From assembly GCA_965113315.1 (NCBI GenBank), contig OZ220367.1: a stretch of DNA of 64,000 nucleotides; one strand, given 5' to 3'. The translations under genes were made by a program, and so were the position numbers. Below the pieces are notes generated by a model, which saw only the letters and a list, made by a program, of their open reading frames with translations, was not told where the DNA came from and did not search any database. Below, piece by piece: positions 12,573 to 23,706 of this stretch (its first letter is position 1; every line of letters starts with the position of its first letter). This DNA is from Podarcis vaucheri (Eukaryota).

Positions 12573-12913
12573 GAGGTGCAATACAATAATGCATCCCATC
12601 CATTCTAAGGCTATTGTATTATTTTCATGTTGCAGAAAATAAAACCTGGATTCAACTAGCCTAGTGTACTACTGAAAGCCAGGCAAGGGCTCCTGCTGGC
12701 TCCATGGAACTTCCTCCACCCACCCAATCTGCTTTGTTAGGGGGCCGGTCAGGAGAACCCCCAGAACAGATGTGGGGAAGGGAATCAAGCATAAATGCTT
12801 GCAATAATGGAACAATCAGAAGAACGCATTCAATACTACTAATGTGATCAAAACTACTAATTTGCTTTCTTTTTGTTTAAATCTATTCTCCCCCCCACCT
12901 CCCCCTTTTACAG

Positions 12914-14135
12914 TTGTTGGATGGCATGGGAGCCAAGTCTCGGTGCGTTTTATGGACCAGTTGCCTTCATTGTCCTGGTGACTTGTGTTTACTTCCTCTG
13001 CACGTACGTGCAACTGAGGCGTCACCCGGAGCGCAAATACGAGTTGAAAGAAAGGACGGAAGATCAGCAGAGGCTGGCAAGTCCCGAGGTTGGCCACAGC
13101 CACATCACCGATTCTGGATCTGTCTCCCAGGCGACATGCTCAATGATGTCTTCTTCCTTGTTGGAAAATGAGCACTCATTTAAGGCTCAGCTCCGAGCTG
13201 CGGCTTTCACTTTGTTCCTGTTTACCGCCACTTGGACCTTTGGTGCACTCGCTGTTTCCCAAGGACATTTCTTGGATATGATATTCAGCTGCCTCTATGG
13301 AGCATTTTGCGTTACCTTGGGGCTCTTCATCCTTATCCATCACTGTGCAAAGCGAGATGATGTCTGGCATTGCTGGTGGTCCTGTTGCCCATCTCGGAGA
13401 AACACATATTCAGTGCAAGTTAATGTCCGGCCAAAGGTTAACGTCAACGGGGAAAGCCAGGTCCATGTCCCGTGTCTCCAAGAATCGCCTTGCCCTGCTA
13501 AATCTGCTGTTTTTAATCACCCAGCTGCTAGCCACTGCAAACTTACAAATCTACAAGCTGTTCAAAACCACGTCAACTGCCTTTCACCCGTCACGCCGTG
13601 CTGTGCGAAAATGCACTGTGATCAGCTGCTGGAAGACGACGCTCACATTCATGTACACAGCGAGGGAACTTTCAGGCCCAACATGCACATCCACAGATGC
13701 TTGAAAAGCAGAACTAAGCCACGCTACTTCAGCCGGCATCGGTCTGCGGGGGAAAGAGAGTACGCTTACCACATTCCTTCCAGCGTTGATGGCAGCATCC
13801 ACAGCTCACACACAGACAGTCCGCACAGTGCGCATGACGGCCAGACGGGCCACAGGCGGGCGTGTTGTGCGAAAAGCGACCCATATCCCACCATCAGTCA
13901 GCCGGAAAGCAGTGATGCAAGTACTGTGATCTACAGTTGTGCCGCGGTGCCAGAGAGCGAGACAGCGCACCATGCAGCTCATTTCGAGATGCACCCGCGG
14001 ACCCAGTCTTTACCATTTAGCACAACCAGCCACAATGGGATTCTAAAGGGGAACCTGCACGAAGCCATGATCTACAGTTCAGACAGTACAGGAAATATCA
14101 AAACGGGGCCCTGGAAGAATGAAACTACTGTGTAG
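12914..14135 (+). CDS. ADGRA1: Adhesion GPCR A1 (GPR123), last coding exon (TM5-TM7 and long cytoplasmic tail)
   Basis: Polypyrimidine tract plus cag| acceptor at 12911-12913. [15 protein letters not shown]...YVQLRRHP...[39 protein letters not shown]...EYAYHIPSS...[15 protein letters not shown] is diagnostic of ADGRA1. Stop TAG at 14133-14135. Confidence 0.97.
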
Positions 14136-14179
14136 TTGGGCAGCCCAGCTCTTCTCCTTTTGCAGCTCAGACCATCTTA

Positions 14180-14265
14180 GGCTGCAATCCTATACACACC
14201 TGGGAAACGAGCGCCGTTGGACTCAATGAGGCTCACTTCTGAGTAGACATGCATAGGATTGCACC
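14180..14265. repeat. Short palindromic interspersed element (GCAATCCTA...TAGGATTGC family) in the 3' UTR
   Basis: TGCAATCCTAT (14183-14193) pairs with ATAGGATTGCA (14253-14263). Related copies lie at 15549-15670, ~47330-47405, 58443-58522 and 63191-63278. Confidence 0.8.
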
Positions 14266-16117
14266 GTTAACCTTTGTTTTCCTTCTAACCTGAGTAAGAT
14301 TCTACATGTTTGCATAGTGCATCAGTAAATTGTACAGGTTTCTCAACCTATTGTTTTCTTAATAAGAAGAGGCTTTTAAAAAGTAGCAGTGGTTTTGAAA
14401 TTATTTTTAAAAGAATTATGGGACATAGTTGTGGGGGCTGGGGGGTGTTGGAAAATAAACCTAGGGAGTAGAATACAAGGCAATATCCTTTGTTACCACT
14501 CACAGCAATGTTTTCCTTTCCTTTTATTTTATTATATATTTTTAACAATTCTGCATTAGCATCAGCCACTTTGAAATGCATATCAGCCTTTCCTTCGTCA
14601 TTCTTATGGGTGGGGGATAATTTTGGAAGTTACGATAGTGAAAGAGGAGGAGGAATTTCTAACCAGGTTTAACACAGCTCCTTAGACCTATGAAGACCAC
14701 CTGTAGCATACGGCCTGTAAAATCATGTAGTGTACAGTCGCTGTTACGTCTCTCTTCTGCTGGAGAGGAATACTAGGTAATGTCCCTTGTTGACATCTAT
14801 GGTGCTGTGTTGGTTGTTACTTCTTTTTGTTCCTTTTATTTTTATTTTGCATGACACACAGGTCGGGATAATACCATTTGCTGTTTTCTAGTGTTACCAT
14901 GTGTGAAATGCAGGGGCAGGGGAACCAAAAACCTTATTGTAAAAGGCCGTGGCTATTCATGTTGGTATTGCTCTAGAGCATTTTGAATCTATGAAAAACG
15001 GGAGGGGAGAGAAACCCACCACTGCACTAGTTTTAAGTGGCACAATCCTTTGTATAAGGTTATATGATAGCTTTGATAAGGGTCCACTCTAATGTCTCTA
15101 CAGAGCATGCACTATTCATTGTATGTGGCACTGTGCAGTGTAATAGCAACTGTCTCCATGAGTTTCACTTCTTTGTAATTATGCCTTCTGGAACCAACCT
15201 GCAAGCTGTTCTACAACTGTCTTTTTTATAAACAGCACCACCAAGTACAGTTTATCATTAACTCTTTGAGGACTACAGTCATGCACTTAACGAATTACTT
15301 AGGGCACCATCCAGCCCAAGTTCAGCATTTTGGAGGACCATTGCTTTTAATGGAAAAGGGGAAATCACTCAATGTGCTTATTAAATCTACCCCACTGAAA
15401 CCAATGGGACATCAAAGTACTGAGTTGTTACTGGATCCTTCCCTTCATCTGACTTGGAGCTGTGTACAAGGAAAGACTTGTACATGCAATACTAATAACA
15501 ATGTAGTCCAGAGTACTCAAATAAAGGGGAATCTATCCATTTTTAAGACTGCAATTCTTTTCTTTCTTTCTTTCTTTCTTTCCTTTCTTTTTAAAAATCC
15601 CCTTTCTAGGGAGTGAGCCTCACTGAATGCAGTGGGCCTTACTTCCAAGTAAGCGTGCATAGGATTGCACTATAAAGAAATATAATTTTAAATATATTTA
15701 TTTATCAATTCCACATTTTGGGTGAAATCCTTTCCATCCTATGCCCTTCCGTCCTCTGCCAAAGCAAATTCAGGGTTGTCTGTGTACTTCCATGCAGATT
15801 TGACCTTCAATTGCATGACTTTTCATTGAATTATTCTGCTCAGCTGCAGGACATTTTAGGGTCAGTAGCATTCTCTATTCAGGAAGCTTTAGGCAAAGGA
15901 TTGGTTTTTTAAAAAAAAAACACAAAAAAACAAAATAGATATCCATGAACATCTGGACACAAGGCTCCAACTGATAACGAAAAATAGAATTATAATTACC
16001 CAGTTTTTTATTTAAAAAAATCAAAAACTTTCAATACAGTCTGGTTATAAATTGATGACCTAAAATGAATGGCACTATACAGCCACAGAGGGCAGGGCAG
16101 AAGGAGCCTTCAGCAAA

Positions 16118-16149
<32 letters not shown>

Positions 16150-17364
16150 TCATATTTCCACAAATAAAAAACAAATGCAACAAGCACAATGTTATATGGC
16201 CGCCAAAAGAAAATTTATAGACATATCACACACGTTCCAAGTATCCATTACATTAATTTAGGCAGTTCCCTGGGGATGTGCATTACTTTATAGGGGATTA
16301 TTTTGTCAAGATCTTTGCAGAGTTCAACTCATTATGTGTTCTTATCAGCATGTTATGAATCCCTCCCATTTGTGATATGTAAAAATATATTTCCTTACAG
16401 TGTACATAACAGATGATTATTATAATTGTTGGAATGTTATATAAAAATGTGTGTCAAGATGAATGTGTTCTGCAGTGTTTGCAGGTGGGAATTAGTACTC
16501 AAAGGGTTAATGCTCAGTATCTGAGTGCAAGGAATTTCCTTTTTTTCCTTTCTGTATTTTTATAAAGTTAAAATATATATTGTAAATTACAGCAGATAAT
16601 TATCCATTGTGTGTGTGTTGTTGTCGTTGTCATTGTTGCTGCTGTTGTGTGTATCTTTCGAAGGCAAACAAAGCAGAATGCACTAGGTGGGTGTTGAGTT
16701 TTGAACAGTATTCAGCCTTTTTATGATTGCTTCTTTTAGATGATGCAAAAAGGAAAAAAAATACCCTGAGCTTTATAATGTATATGCTGTATATGCTTGA
16801 ATTGTCTCAGATCTAAAATACAGTATTTTGCAACGTGTGCATAATATAATTTCTTTTTCATCATTTCCTTTTTCCATGTATATGTTACTATCATCCCACA
16901 ACATCAGTGCAACTATATAAGCGTAGATATTATATTAAATGACACATCTCTGTATCTCAGTGATATTTATAATACTCTGTAATAGCTAAGTCATAGAAGG
17001 TCTCTAGAATTATGCAAAATAGTCCACACACACACACACCGAGGTCCAAGTGAAATAGTCACGTTTCAGGAACAAAATCATTAAGGTTCTCCAGCTTGTG
17101 TTTCTATTGCCAGTGTTGTTCTGTCCAACAAAACGAGAAACTACATAATTCAATGGGTGCTGCTTTCCACAAACGATCTTCTGTTACAGACCTCTCCTGA
17201 AGATTAACATTCAGTATTGATGATACAACTTCCGTATTGTGTCTGAATATAAAGTTAGCAAATACTTCTGGGCTAATTTGGAAACCATGTTATGCAATAA
17301 TCTGTTTGCATTATTTTTTTTTAAAGAAAATATACAATATAATTGCAGAGTAGGAGAACATGAT

Positions 17365-17379
17365 ATTAAATAAATTAAA
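17365..17379 (+). terminator. Candidate ADGRA1 polyadenylation signal cluster
   Basis: Overlapping ATTAAA (17365), AATAAA (17369) and ATTAAA (17374), followed ~35-60 nt later by U/GU-rich sequence (catttttgcgcttttgactctctttttt). Confidence 0.55.
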
Positions 17380-18534
17380 AAATGTTTTGTAACATCAGAT
17401 GTGACCCACATTCATTTTTGCGCTTTTGACTCTCTTTTTTAAAAAAATACAAATATTTATATAAAAAGTTAGTTTCACTCTTTTGTTTTTTTCTGCTTAT
17501 AAGCATAGTTTATGTGTTTCATATGCTCCCTTGCCAGCTCCTGGAATCAGACACATTGTCTCAGTAATCTTCCCTAGCTGAATGAGGAAACACATATCTA
17601 ACCCAATGCTAAATCTGGGGTGGCACACCATAACCTGCTTAAACAAAACTGGAATCCCACTGAACACCAGGATCAGGGGTGGAGTCGGAATTCATTCCTT
17701 GGTCTACCAAATACTTGACCAGGATTCCAGGTTCTTTACCAGGCAACATGGATGGAATCCTATATACTGCGTATATATTTTGTTGGATGAGGGTAGTGAT
17801 GTAGCATTCTATGGTACTGGTAGTCTTTTAGTTGTGGGCATACTGCTTAACAACTCATTTTTAAAACAATTTGCTACCAGTGTAAGACAGTGTGCCAACC
17901 ATGTGAGCCTTAAAATGTAACTTTATGGAAGAAGCATTTTGACAGGCGCGATGTGAAATACTGTGCTGCCATCCTGTGCTGTAATGCAAGGTACCATTCG
18001 TGGGTTTTATTTTCTCTAATTAGCTGCTTTTTCAAGCAAACATTTCCAGATTTAAAGGACCATTAAGCACAACATTGGCCAACCCCATTGGCCAACTGTT
18101 CTTATATCCCATGCATAAGTGCAAACCCATTTTGTCCAATATTCAAAATTATTTATATTTGGTCTACTATAGGCAGTGGGATGCGGTAACTATTATGGCG
18201 CAAGAACGTGAAAATGGCCTTGCTGGGTCGCATCGAGATCCATGCAGTCTAGCATTCTTTTTCAGGCAGGGGACAGACACCTCCTGGGAGCTCGTAAGAA
18301 GTACACAGAGATCATATCTCAGGGAGACAGGACTTTTCAAAGCAGGGCTCTGCCATCTCTAAACAGGGCTGGGATAGGGTACTGTGTCAGGCCCTGAGGA
18401 GTTGCTACCAGTCCATGTAGATGGGTGGGATGCATGGCCAAGAGTCAGGGATTATGTGGGTTGTGGTCTAGCAATATCTGGAGGGTCACAGACAATGCTG
18501 GGCAAAATGGAGAAAAGGTCTCACTTGGTCTAAG

Positions 18535-18699
18535 CAGTGGCGTAGCGTGGGGGGTGCAGGGGGGGCTGGACGCACTGGGTGCAACATCTGGGGGGGGGCG
18601 CTCGCACTCGCAGCTCTCTGCCCCTACTAAAATCCACGGGTTAGGGGGCGCAAATTACTTGCCTTGCCCCGGGTGCTGACAACCCACGCTATGCCACTG
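18535..18699. mobile_element. hAT (Tip100-like) MITE
   Basis: TIR CAGTGGCGTAGCGTGGG...CCCACGCTATGCCACTG. Perfect TSD ggtctaag (18527-18534, 18700-18707). Interrupts an older SINE tail (...cctatgttcct). Confidence 0.92.
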
Positions 18700-19188
18700 G
18701 GTCTAAGGCCTATGTTCCTCTTCTCTAGTGTCACTCACTCAAAAGTCTTGCTTATTGAGTTCTGGCATCATGCTTTCATATGATGTTTAGTGTTTCCCTC
18801 TCTGAGATATTAGTGTAGTGAAAAATGAAACTCAGAAGCTGAATGCAAAATGAACTCACTTGTGGCCTGTCGTGTGTGATCTGTGGCAAAGAAAGAACAG
18901 GGCTGTGCTTCCTTTCCCAGAGAAAAGGATGGGAGCTTTCCATGTGAATCCCTGAGAAGAAAATCGCACAGAGACTTGGAAGGTTCTTAATATGTTGTGG
19001 CGAGTAGCTGGACATACTTTTGCAGCCTTATACTTTGACTTTATGGGTTGTTTGCTTACTATTGAAACTTCACACTGAGTCTGGGTAATTCTAAGAACCC
19101 ACCTAAGCAAAGAATCTTAACTTTCTTCTGAAGACCAGATACTCTTGCCAAGCTGTGCTTCAAGATTAGAGGAAAGCCCAAATCTATA

Positions 19189-19647
19189 CAGGCATCCGTC
19201 CCTCCCACTTACGCGGGGGTTACGTTCCAGGCTCCCTCGTGCATAAGTGAGATCTTGTAAGGTGGGAGGCACCCCACTGTAACAGGGAGGGCACATGGGG
19301 CAGAGAGGAAGCGGGGGGAGAAGCATCTTGGAAATCACTCAGGGCCACTGCCCAGCCTGTCTCAAATCTGCCTGCCTGCCAGAGGGGAGGCAGTGCATGC
19401 AGCAGTGGGAGGGAGAGGGCCAAGGATGGCAGCCAGAAGAACTGGTGCCAGGATGGGGGTGCAGACGGGCAGTGGAGGTGGGGAGACGGCACCTCCCACC
19501 CCACACTGCTGGTTGATCAAAGGCCACCTTCCCTCGCTTGGGCAGCAGGCCTGAGCAAGGGAAGGGAAATCTATTCTTTATTTTGTGCCGACCCACATAA
19601 ATGTGATCACACACATGTGGGATGCATGTTAGTAGGGAGGGTGCCTG
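19189..19647. mobile_element. Tigger-like MITE
   Basis: TA|CAGGCATCCGTCCCTCCCACTTACGCGGGGGTTACGTTCCAG ... GGGAGGGTGCCTG|TA, with imperfect TIRs and TA TSD. Confidence 0.75.
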
Positions 19648-19695
19648 TACTTCAGAACTGGTTCAGAGCAGTAAGGCTCAGTCTGAATAAATGTA

Positions 19696-20127
19696 CCCTG
19701 TTTCCCCGAAAATAAGACAGTGTCTTATATTAATTTTTGCTCCCAAAGATGTGCTAGGTCTTATTTTTGGGGGATGTCTTGCTTTCGGGGAAAGACGGTA
19801 ATTGTGAGTCAGCCAGAGCGAGCAGCAACTTGTCCTGGCAGCAGTGTGGGCTCTCTGATTTAAAGAGACCTCGCACTGCCTGAACAGCTCCGGCTGCGCT
19901 GCGGCCAATCAGTGAGCTGCGCAGTGGCACCCGCTGCTACAGTCCAGAGGAGTCAGACACCTTACGGTAGCTTCGGGGGCCTTATATTCCAGGGAGGCCT
20001 TATGCTCGGGGGAGGCCTTATGTTCAGGGAGATCTTATTTTCAGGGGGGTGCCTTATATTATAGTGAGAGGCAAAACTGGAAGTAGGTCTTATTTTCGGG
20101 GGATGTCTTACTTTCGGGGAAAGACGG
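19696..20127. mobile_element. pogo/Tc2-like MITE with duplicated right terminus
   Basis: Left TA|CCCTGTTTCCCCGAAAATAAGAC. The right end TTTCGGGGAAAGACGG|TA occurs twice (ending 19798 and 20127). Internal GCCTTAT/GTCTTAT repeats. Confidence 0.8.
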
Positions 20128-20157
20128 TAGTTGCCTCATTATTCTTACACTTTAGCA

Positions 20158-20293
20158 CAGGCATAGGCAAACCCAGCCCTTCAGATGTTTTGGCACTACA
20201 ACTCCCACCATCCCTGACCACTGGGCCTGTTCGCTAGGAATGATGGGAGTTGTAGTCCCAAAACATCTGGAGGGCCGAGTTTGCCTATGCCTG
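20158..20293. mobile_element. Palindromic hAT MITE, second copy of the 9945 family
   Basis: CAGGCATAGGCAAAC...GTTTGCCTATGCCTG, 136 bp. Perfect TSD ctttagca (20150-20157, 20294-20301). Confidence 0.93.
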
Positions 20294-21034
20294 CTTTAGC
20301 AGGATCTTTATTTAATAAATGTATACTTGTTTTCTTATTTCTGTTAAAAGGCATCTGTATCATGGCGGCATCTGACACCCTGGAATCTCGGCTAAGGTTT
20401 CCTGATTGTTAACTCACTATTCATTCTTTATCACCACTGTGTCCACACCATTCTTGTTCTGTATTTATAATATTGATGAATGACAAAACCAATGTTAGGA
20501 CCTGACAAGTCACAAGCTACACTGGCTATGATTCCCCCCCCCCACTTCTGTGTCATCCATTGCTGTGAGTATTGTAATGCTCTGACTGTCAGAGATGAGA
20601 AATGTTTCTAAAGCTCAGCTTTGTGAGCCACAGGTTCATGTCCTATTTTATTTGAGGAAATAGACAACTTCCATAAGTAACACATGAACCATCTGCTTTA
20701 TTTCATTTCTGGGGTCCCCAAGGTGGCATCCATTGGCACCACAGTCCCCTGACACCATCTTTGGTACCCACCACCAAATTCCCTCCCTTGAAGAAAAACA
20801 GGATCTGGTCTTTGTTTGCTGGTTTGGCTGATTGATTGATTGATTGGGGGTGCTGTCTGTTTCTGGGGAAGCCTTGCCAGATTTTTGGTCTGTGTTATAT
20901 TGGGATGTGAGGGTGTAGGCGGTTTGTCTATTTTGTGGGGCTCTGAGCATTGCTGGTTTTTCTTTCTGTGAAATGGGTATTTGAGGAGTTCAGAGCAAAT
21001 GGAAATCCGAAGTGCCATTTGTTGTGTGGTTTTG

Positions 21035-21142
21035 CGGGGAAAGCTCTGGGGCAAAAAAGGAAGAGTGCTCGGACCCTGAGTTTTAAAGTGCAGACCTGTG
21101 CCCAGAAAGAGTGGGGCAAAATGGTTAAGTGTGGATAAGCCC
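21035..21142 (-). mobile_element. DNA-transposon (PIF/Harbinger-like) terminal fragment
   Basis: Ends GTGTGGATAAGCCC and is the reverse complement of the element end at 32335-32443 (GGGCTTATCCACAC...). Confidence 0.55.
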
Positions 21143-21149
21143 CACAATG

Positions 21150-21634
21150 TGAAAGAAATGATTCTTAAACTTTGACATGGGCAAAAAGCTTTGTTCTTTC
21201 TTCTACTTGTGTTGACCCAAAAAGGCAAGCTGCTCTGGAAGCTCTGCTTGCAACATATTGATGGTTAAGATGACTCCTACCTAATTGGTGGCAGCTGTAA
21301 CACTGAGCTCAAGCTTTGATTTTATCCACAGGCCCAGGCATAGCTAGAGGGGTAGGTAATGGTTAATACCAGCCAACTGTGTTCCCATGTGACATAGCCT
21401 GCCTGGGCCTATAAAGAGTGTGTGTATCTTTACTTGGGTGTGAAAAAGCCATCTTCTTGTTGTGGAGTCTGTCCCCACGGAATGCTGTGAGCAGAGACAA
21501 GGAGGGAGCTGCTGGACCTTTGCTGTAAGTTTGTACCCTTCTTTAATAAATTGTTAGACCTGGGCATCTTTCTTTTGGAATTCCAGCATATCCCAACTCC
21601 CGTGAGCCTGCCTCCAATTCTGTAGGGCATTTCA
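21150..21634 (+). mobile_element. Possible decayed solo LTR
   Basis: TATA-like ctataaag (~21409), AATAAA (~21545) and TGAAA...TTTCA termini. Boundaries are uncertain and no TSD was found. Confidence 0.35.
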
Positions 21635-22067
21635 CTACTTTTGCAGCAAGTTGGGCAGCTCTGTCAGCTAGTTCTTAAGAAAAACTTGTGAATTTCTGCT
21701 CATGGTGAACAACCTTGCTTTTTCTGAATCAATACCATATATGCACAGATCTGTCAAGTTAAGTAACAGAAACCAGAAGTTAGTGAAAGGTTTTAAGTGT
21801 GGTTGTCCCTCATGATTTCAGGCTCTTTTTTATTTTTGCTCTAGATTTTAAGTTCTTTATTACTTACATTAATAGACCCTTTGGGTGATTTCCAACATTA
21901 GTCAGATCCATTGAAACCAATGTTGGTACGGAGAGTTGACTCAATTGTTTTAGATGGATCGACTCTGAATATTACTCGCCTTGAATGTCATCTTTGCTCC
22001 CAAGGTAGCAAAATGCAAAAAGAGAGGGACCCTTTCATAGGGTCATAAATAATCCTGCTTTTGGAAA

Positions 22068-22225
22068 ATGGGAAGCTGCCAGACGTTGGTTCACCTAGCT
22101 CAATATTATCTACCCAGACTGACAGCTCTCTGGGATTTCAGAGAGAGGACATTCCTAGCCCTACCAGGAGATGCTGGCGACTGAACCTGGGACCATCTTC
22201 ATTCAAGGCAGGTGCTCCACTACTT
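22068..22225 (-). mobile_element. Old tRNA-Ala-derived SINE
   Basis: Reverse complement of the 29773 family: ggaagctgcc...ggagatgctggcgactgaacctgggacc. Confidence 0.6.
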
Positions 22226-23444
22226 GGGACAATAAGCAAAGCGAAAGAGAAAGTTTGAAATTACTTAACAGCAGAAGTAAATTAAGTGTGTAAGTCCCAT
22301 TTGCTTTCCTATCCATACTCATTTGACTGTTATGCCCACACCAAGCTTTCCTTCCCCTCCCATTGTACATGCATTGAGTCTCTTTCTTTACCTTATTACA
22401 TACTGCATATTTTAAGCCCTGTGTGAGTCATGTGAACTATTGCCCTTCCCCGTGATGAAACAGGCAACTCAAGCTGTAAATCATAAGGCTATTTTGAGAG
22501 CCACAGCCAAATGCAAAAATCTACACAAGTAACCACAGAAACTGCCCGGTTATGTATTACTACCTTCCTCATATGGATAGCTGTGAAACAATTAACAGTA
22601 CATTTAAGAGAACTTGGAAATTTACATTAAACTGAACCATATGAAGAAATCTATTTTCTGCAGCAATTTTATCCTTCCTTACAGAGAAGCCAGCCATTTA
22701 TTTTCTTACGTGAGCTGCAGCCATCTGTGTCCTGCGTTACACAGTAATAATGTTCTTTTTCAGCTGTTATACTTGGCCCTCAAACTACACTAAATCCTGG
22801 AAATATTCAGCTGTAATGTTTAACGTGTTCGCCAAATCTACTAGATGCGTGCTTTATCTGCATAGGCTTACCGATCCCTAAGAAAAAGTCTTGTCATTTG
22901 TAGCAGAACAAAAAATACGGTGTCCTTTTAATTTCAGAGCTGGCTATTTCTTAACAAAATGTTCACTTTCCCCACATGACACAAAGGATACCCTAATCAT
23001 GTATCAAATGTTGGTCTCTGTTGCCTGAGTCTTGAGCAGGAATATTTATTTGAATGCTGTTAATCTGAATCTTTTCTTCAAAACGGATCCTATTTTACTT
23101 CCTTTTCATACAGACAGGGAGAGAGAGAGTATGTCATACGAACAGCAAGGGCCCTGCAGGCAGCAGTGGGGAATTGGTTTTCTGATGGTGACCTATTTTT
23201 GCAGAGAGACAATAAGATTACTAAGTTGAGGTGCAGCTGATATGATCGCCCCAGGCCAACCCTAAGCTCCTTTGCAGCATGTGATGGAGGGTCACCTTCT
23301 CGTTTCAGCTTTCAGTAAACTGTAAAATAGACCATAGCAAAATCAACAGTGTCCGAGGCCTCAGAGAAGCTTCTGGCCCTCAGGTTGATACAAGTCAATT
23401 ATCATAAGTCTTCAGAAGGCAGCTATTCAGAATCGCCAGACTAT

Positions 23445-23706
23445 AATAAAAGCTCTGCTGAGTCAGACCCAGCATCATGTTTCCGGCAGTGGTCAGATGC
23501 CCCCCACCCAAGAGGCTTGCATAAAAGCAATAGAACATTCCTGTTTGACTCCCACATCTAGTAATCGGAGGTAGACTGCTTCTGAACATGAAGGGTTCCA
23601 TTAGCTAATATAGAAGATTAGCTATTGACCCCCTTTTGAAACCAACTGTGCCAGTGGCCTTCGCTTCATCCTGTGGAAATGAACTCCATGCAGTAATCAT
23701 GCATTC
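23445..23706 (-). mobile_element. CR1 LINE 3' relic
   Basis: gctctgctgagtcagacccagcatc...gtggccttcgcttcatcctgtggaaatgaactccat resembles the reverse of the CR1 3' end (WNSLPQDVV-type coding plus UTR). Confidence 0.55.

Larger units (their letters stand above)
14136..17410 (+). other. ADGRA1: Inferred ADGRA1 3' UTR
   Basis: AU-rich, largely TE-poor stretch after the stop, ending at clustered poly(A) signals with a U-rich downstream element. The 3' end is inferred; other AATAAA hexamers lie at 14454, 15520 and 16163. Confidence 0.55.

Noticed and set aside
12873-12913. N-terminal 14 codons ([14 protein letters not shown]) of the 420-aa ORF
   Set aside because: This is the intronic polypyrimidine tract. 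The exon starts after the AG at 12913 and splices in frame from the 9281-9382 exon.
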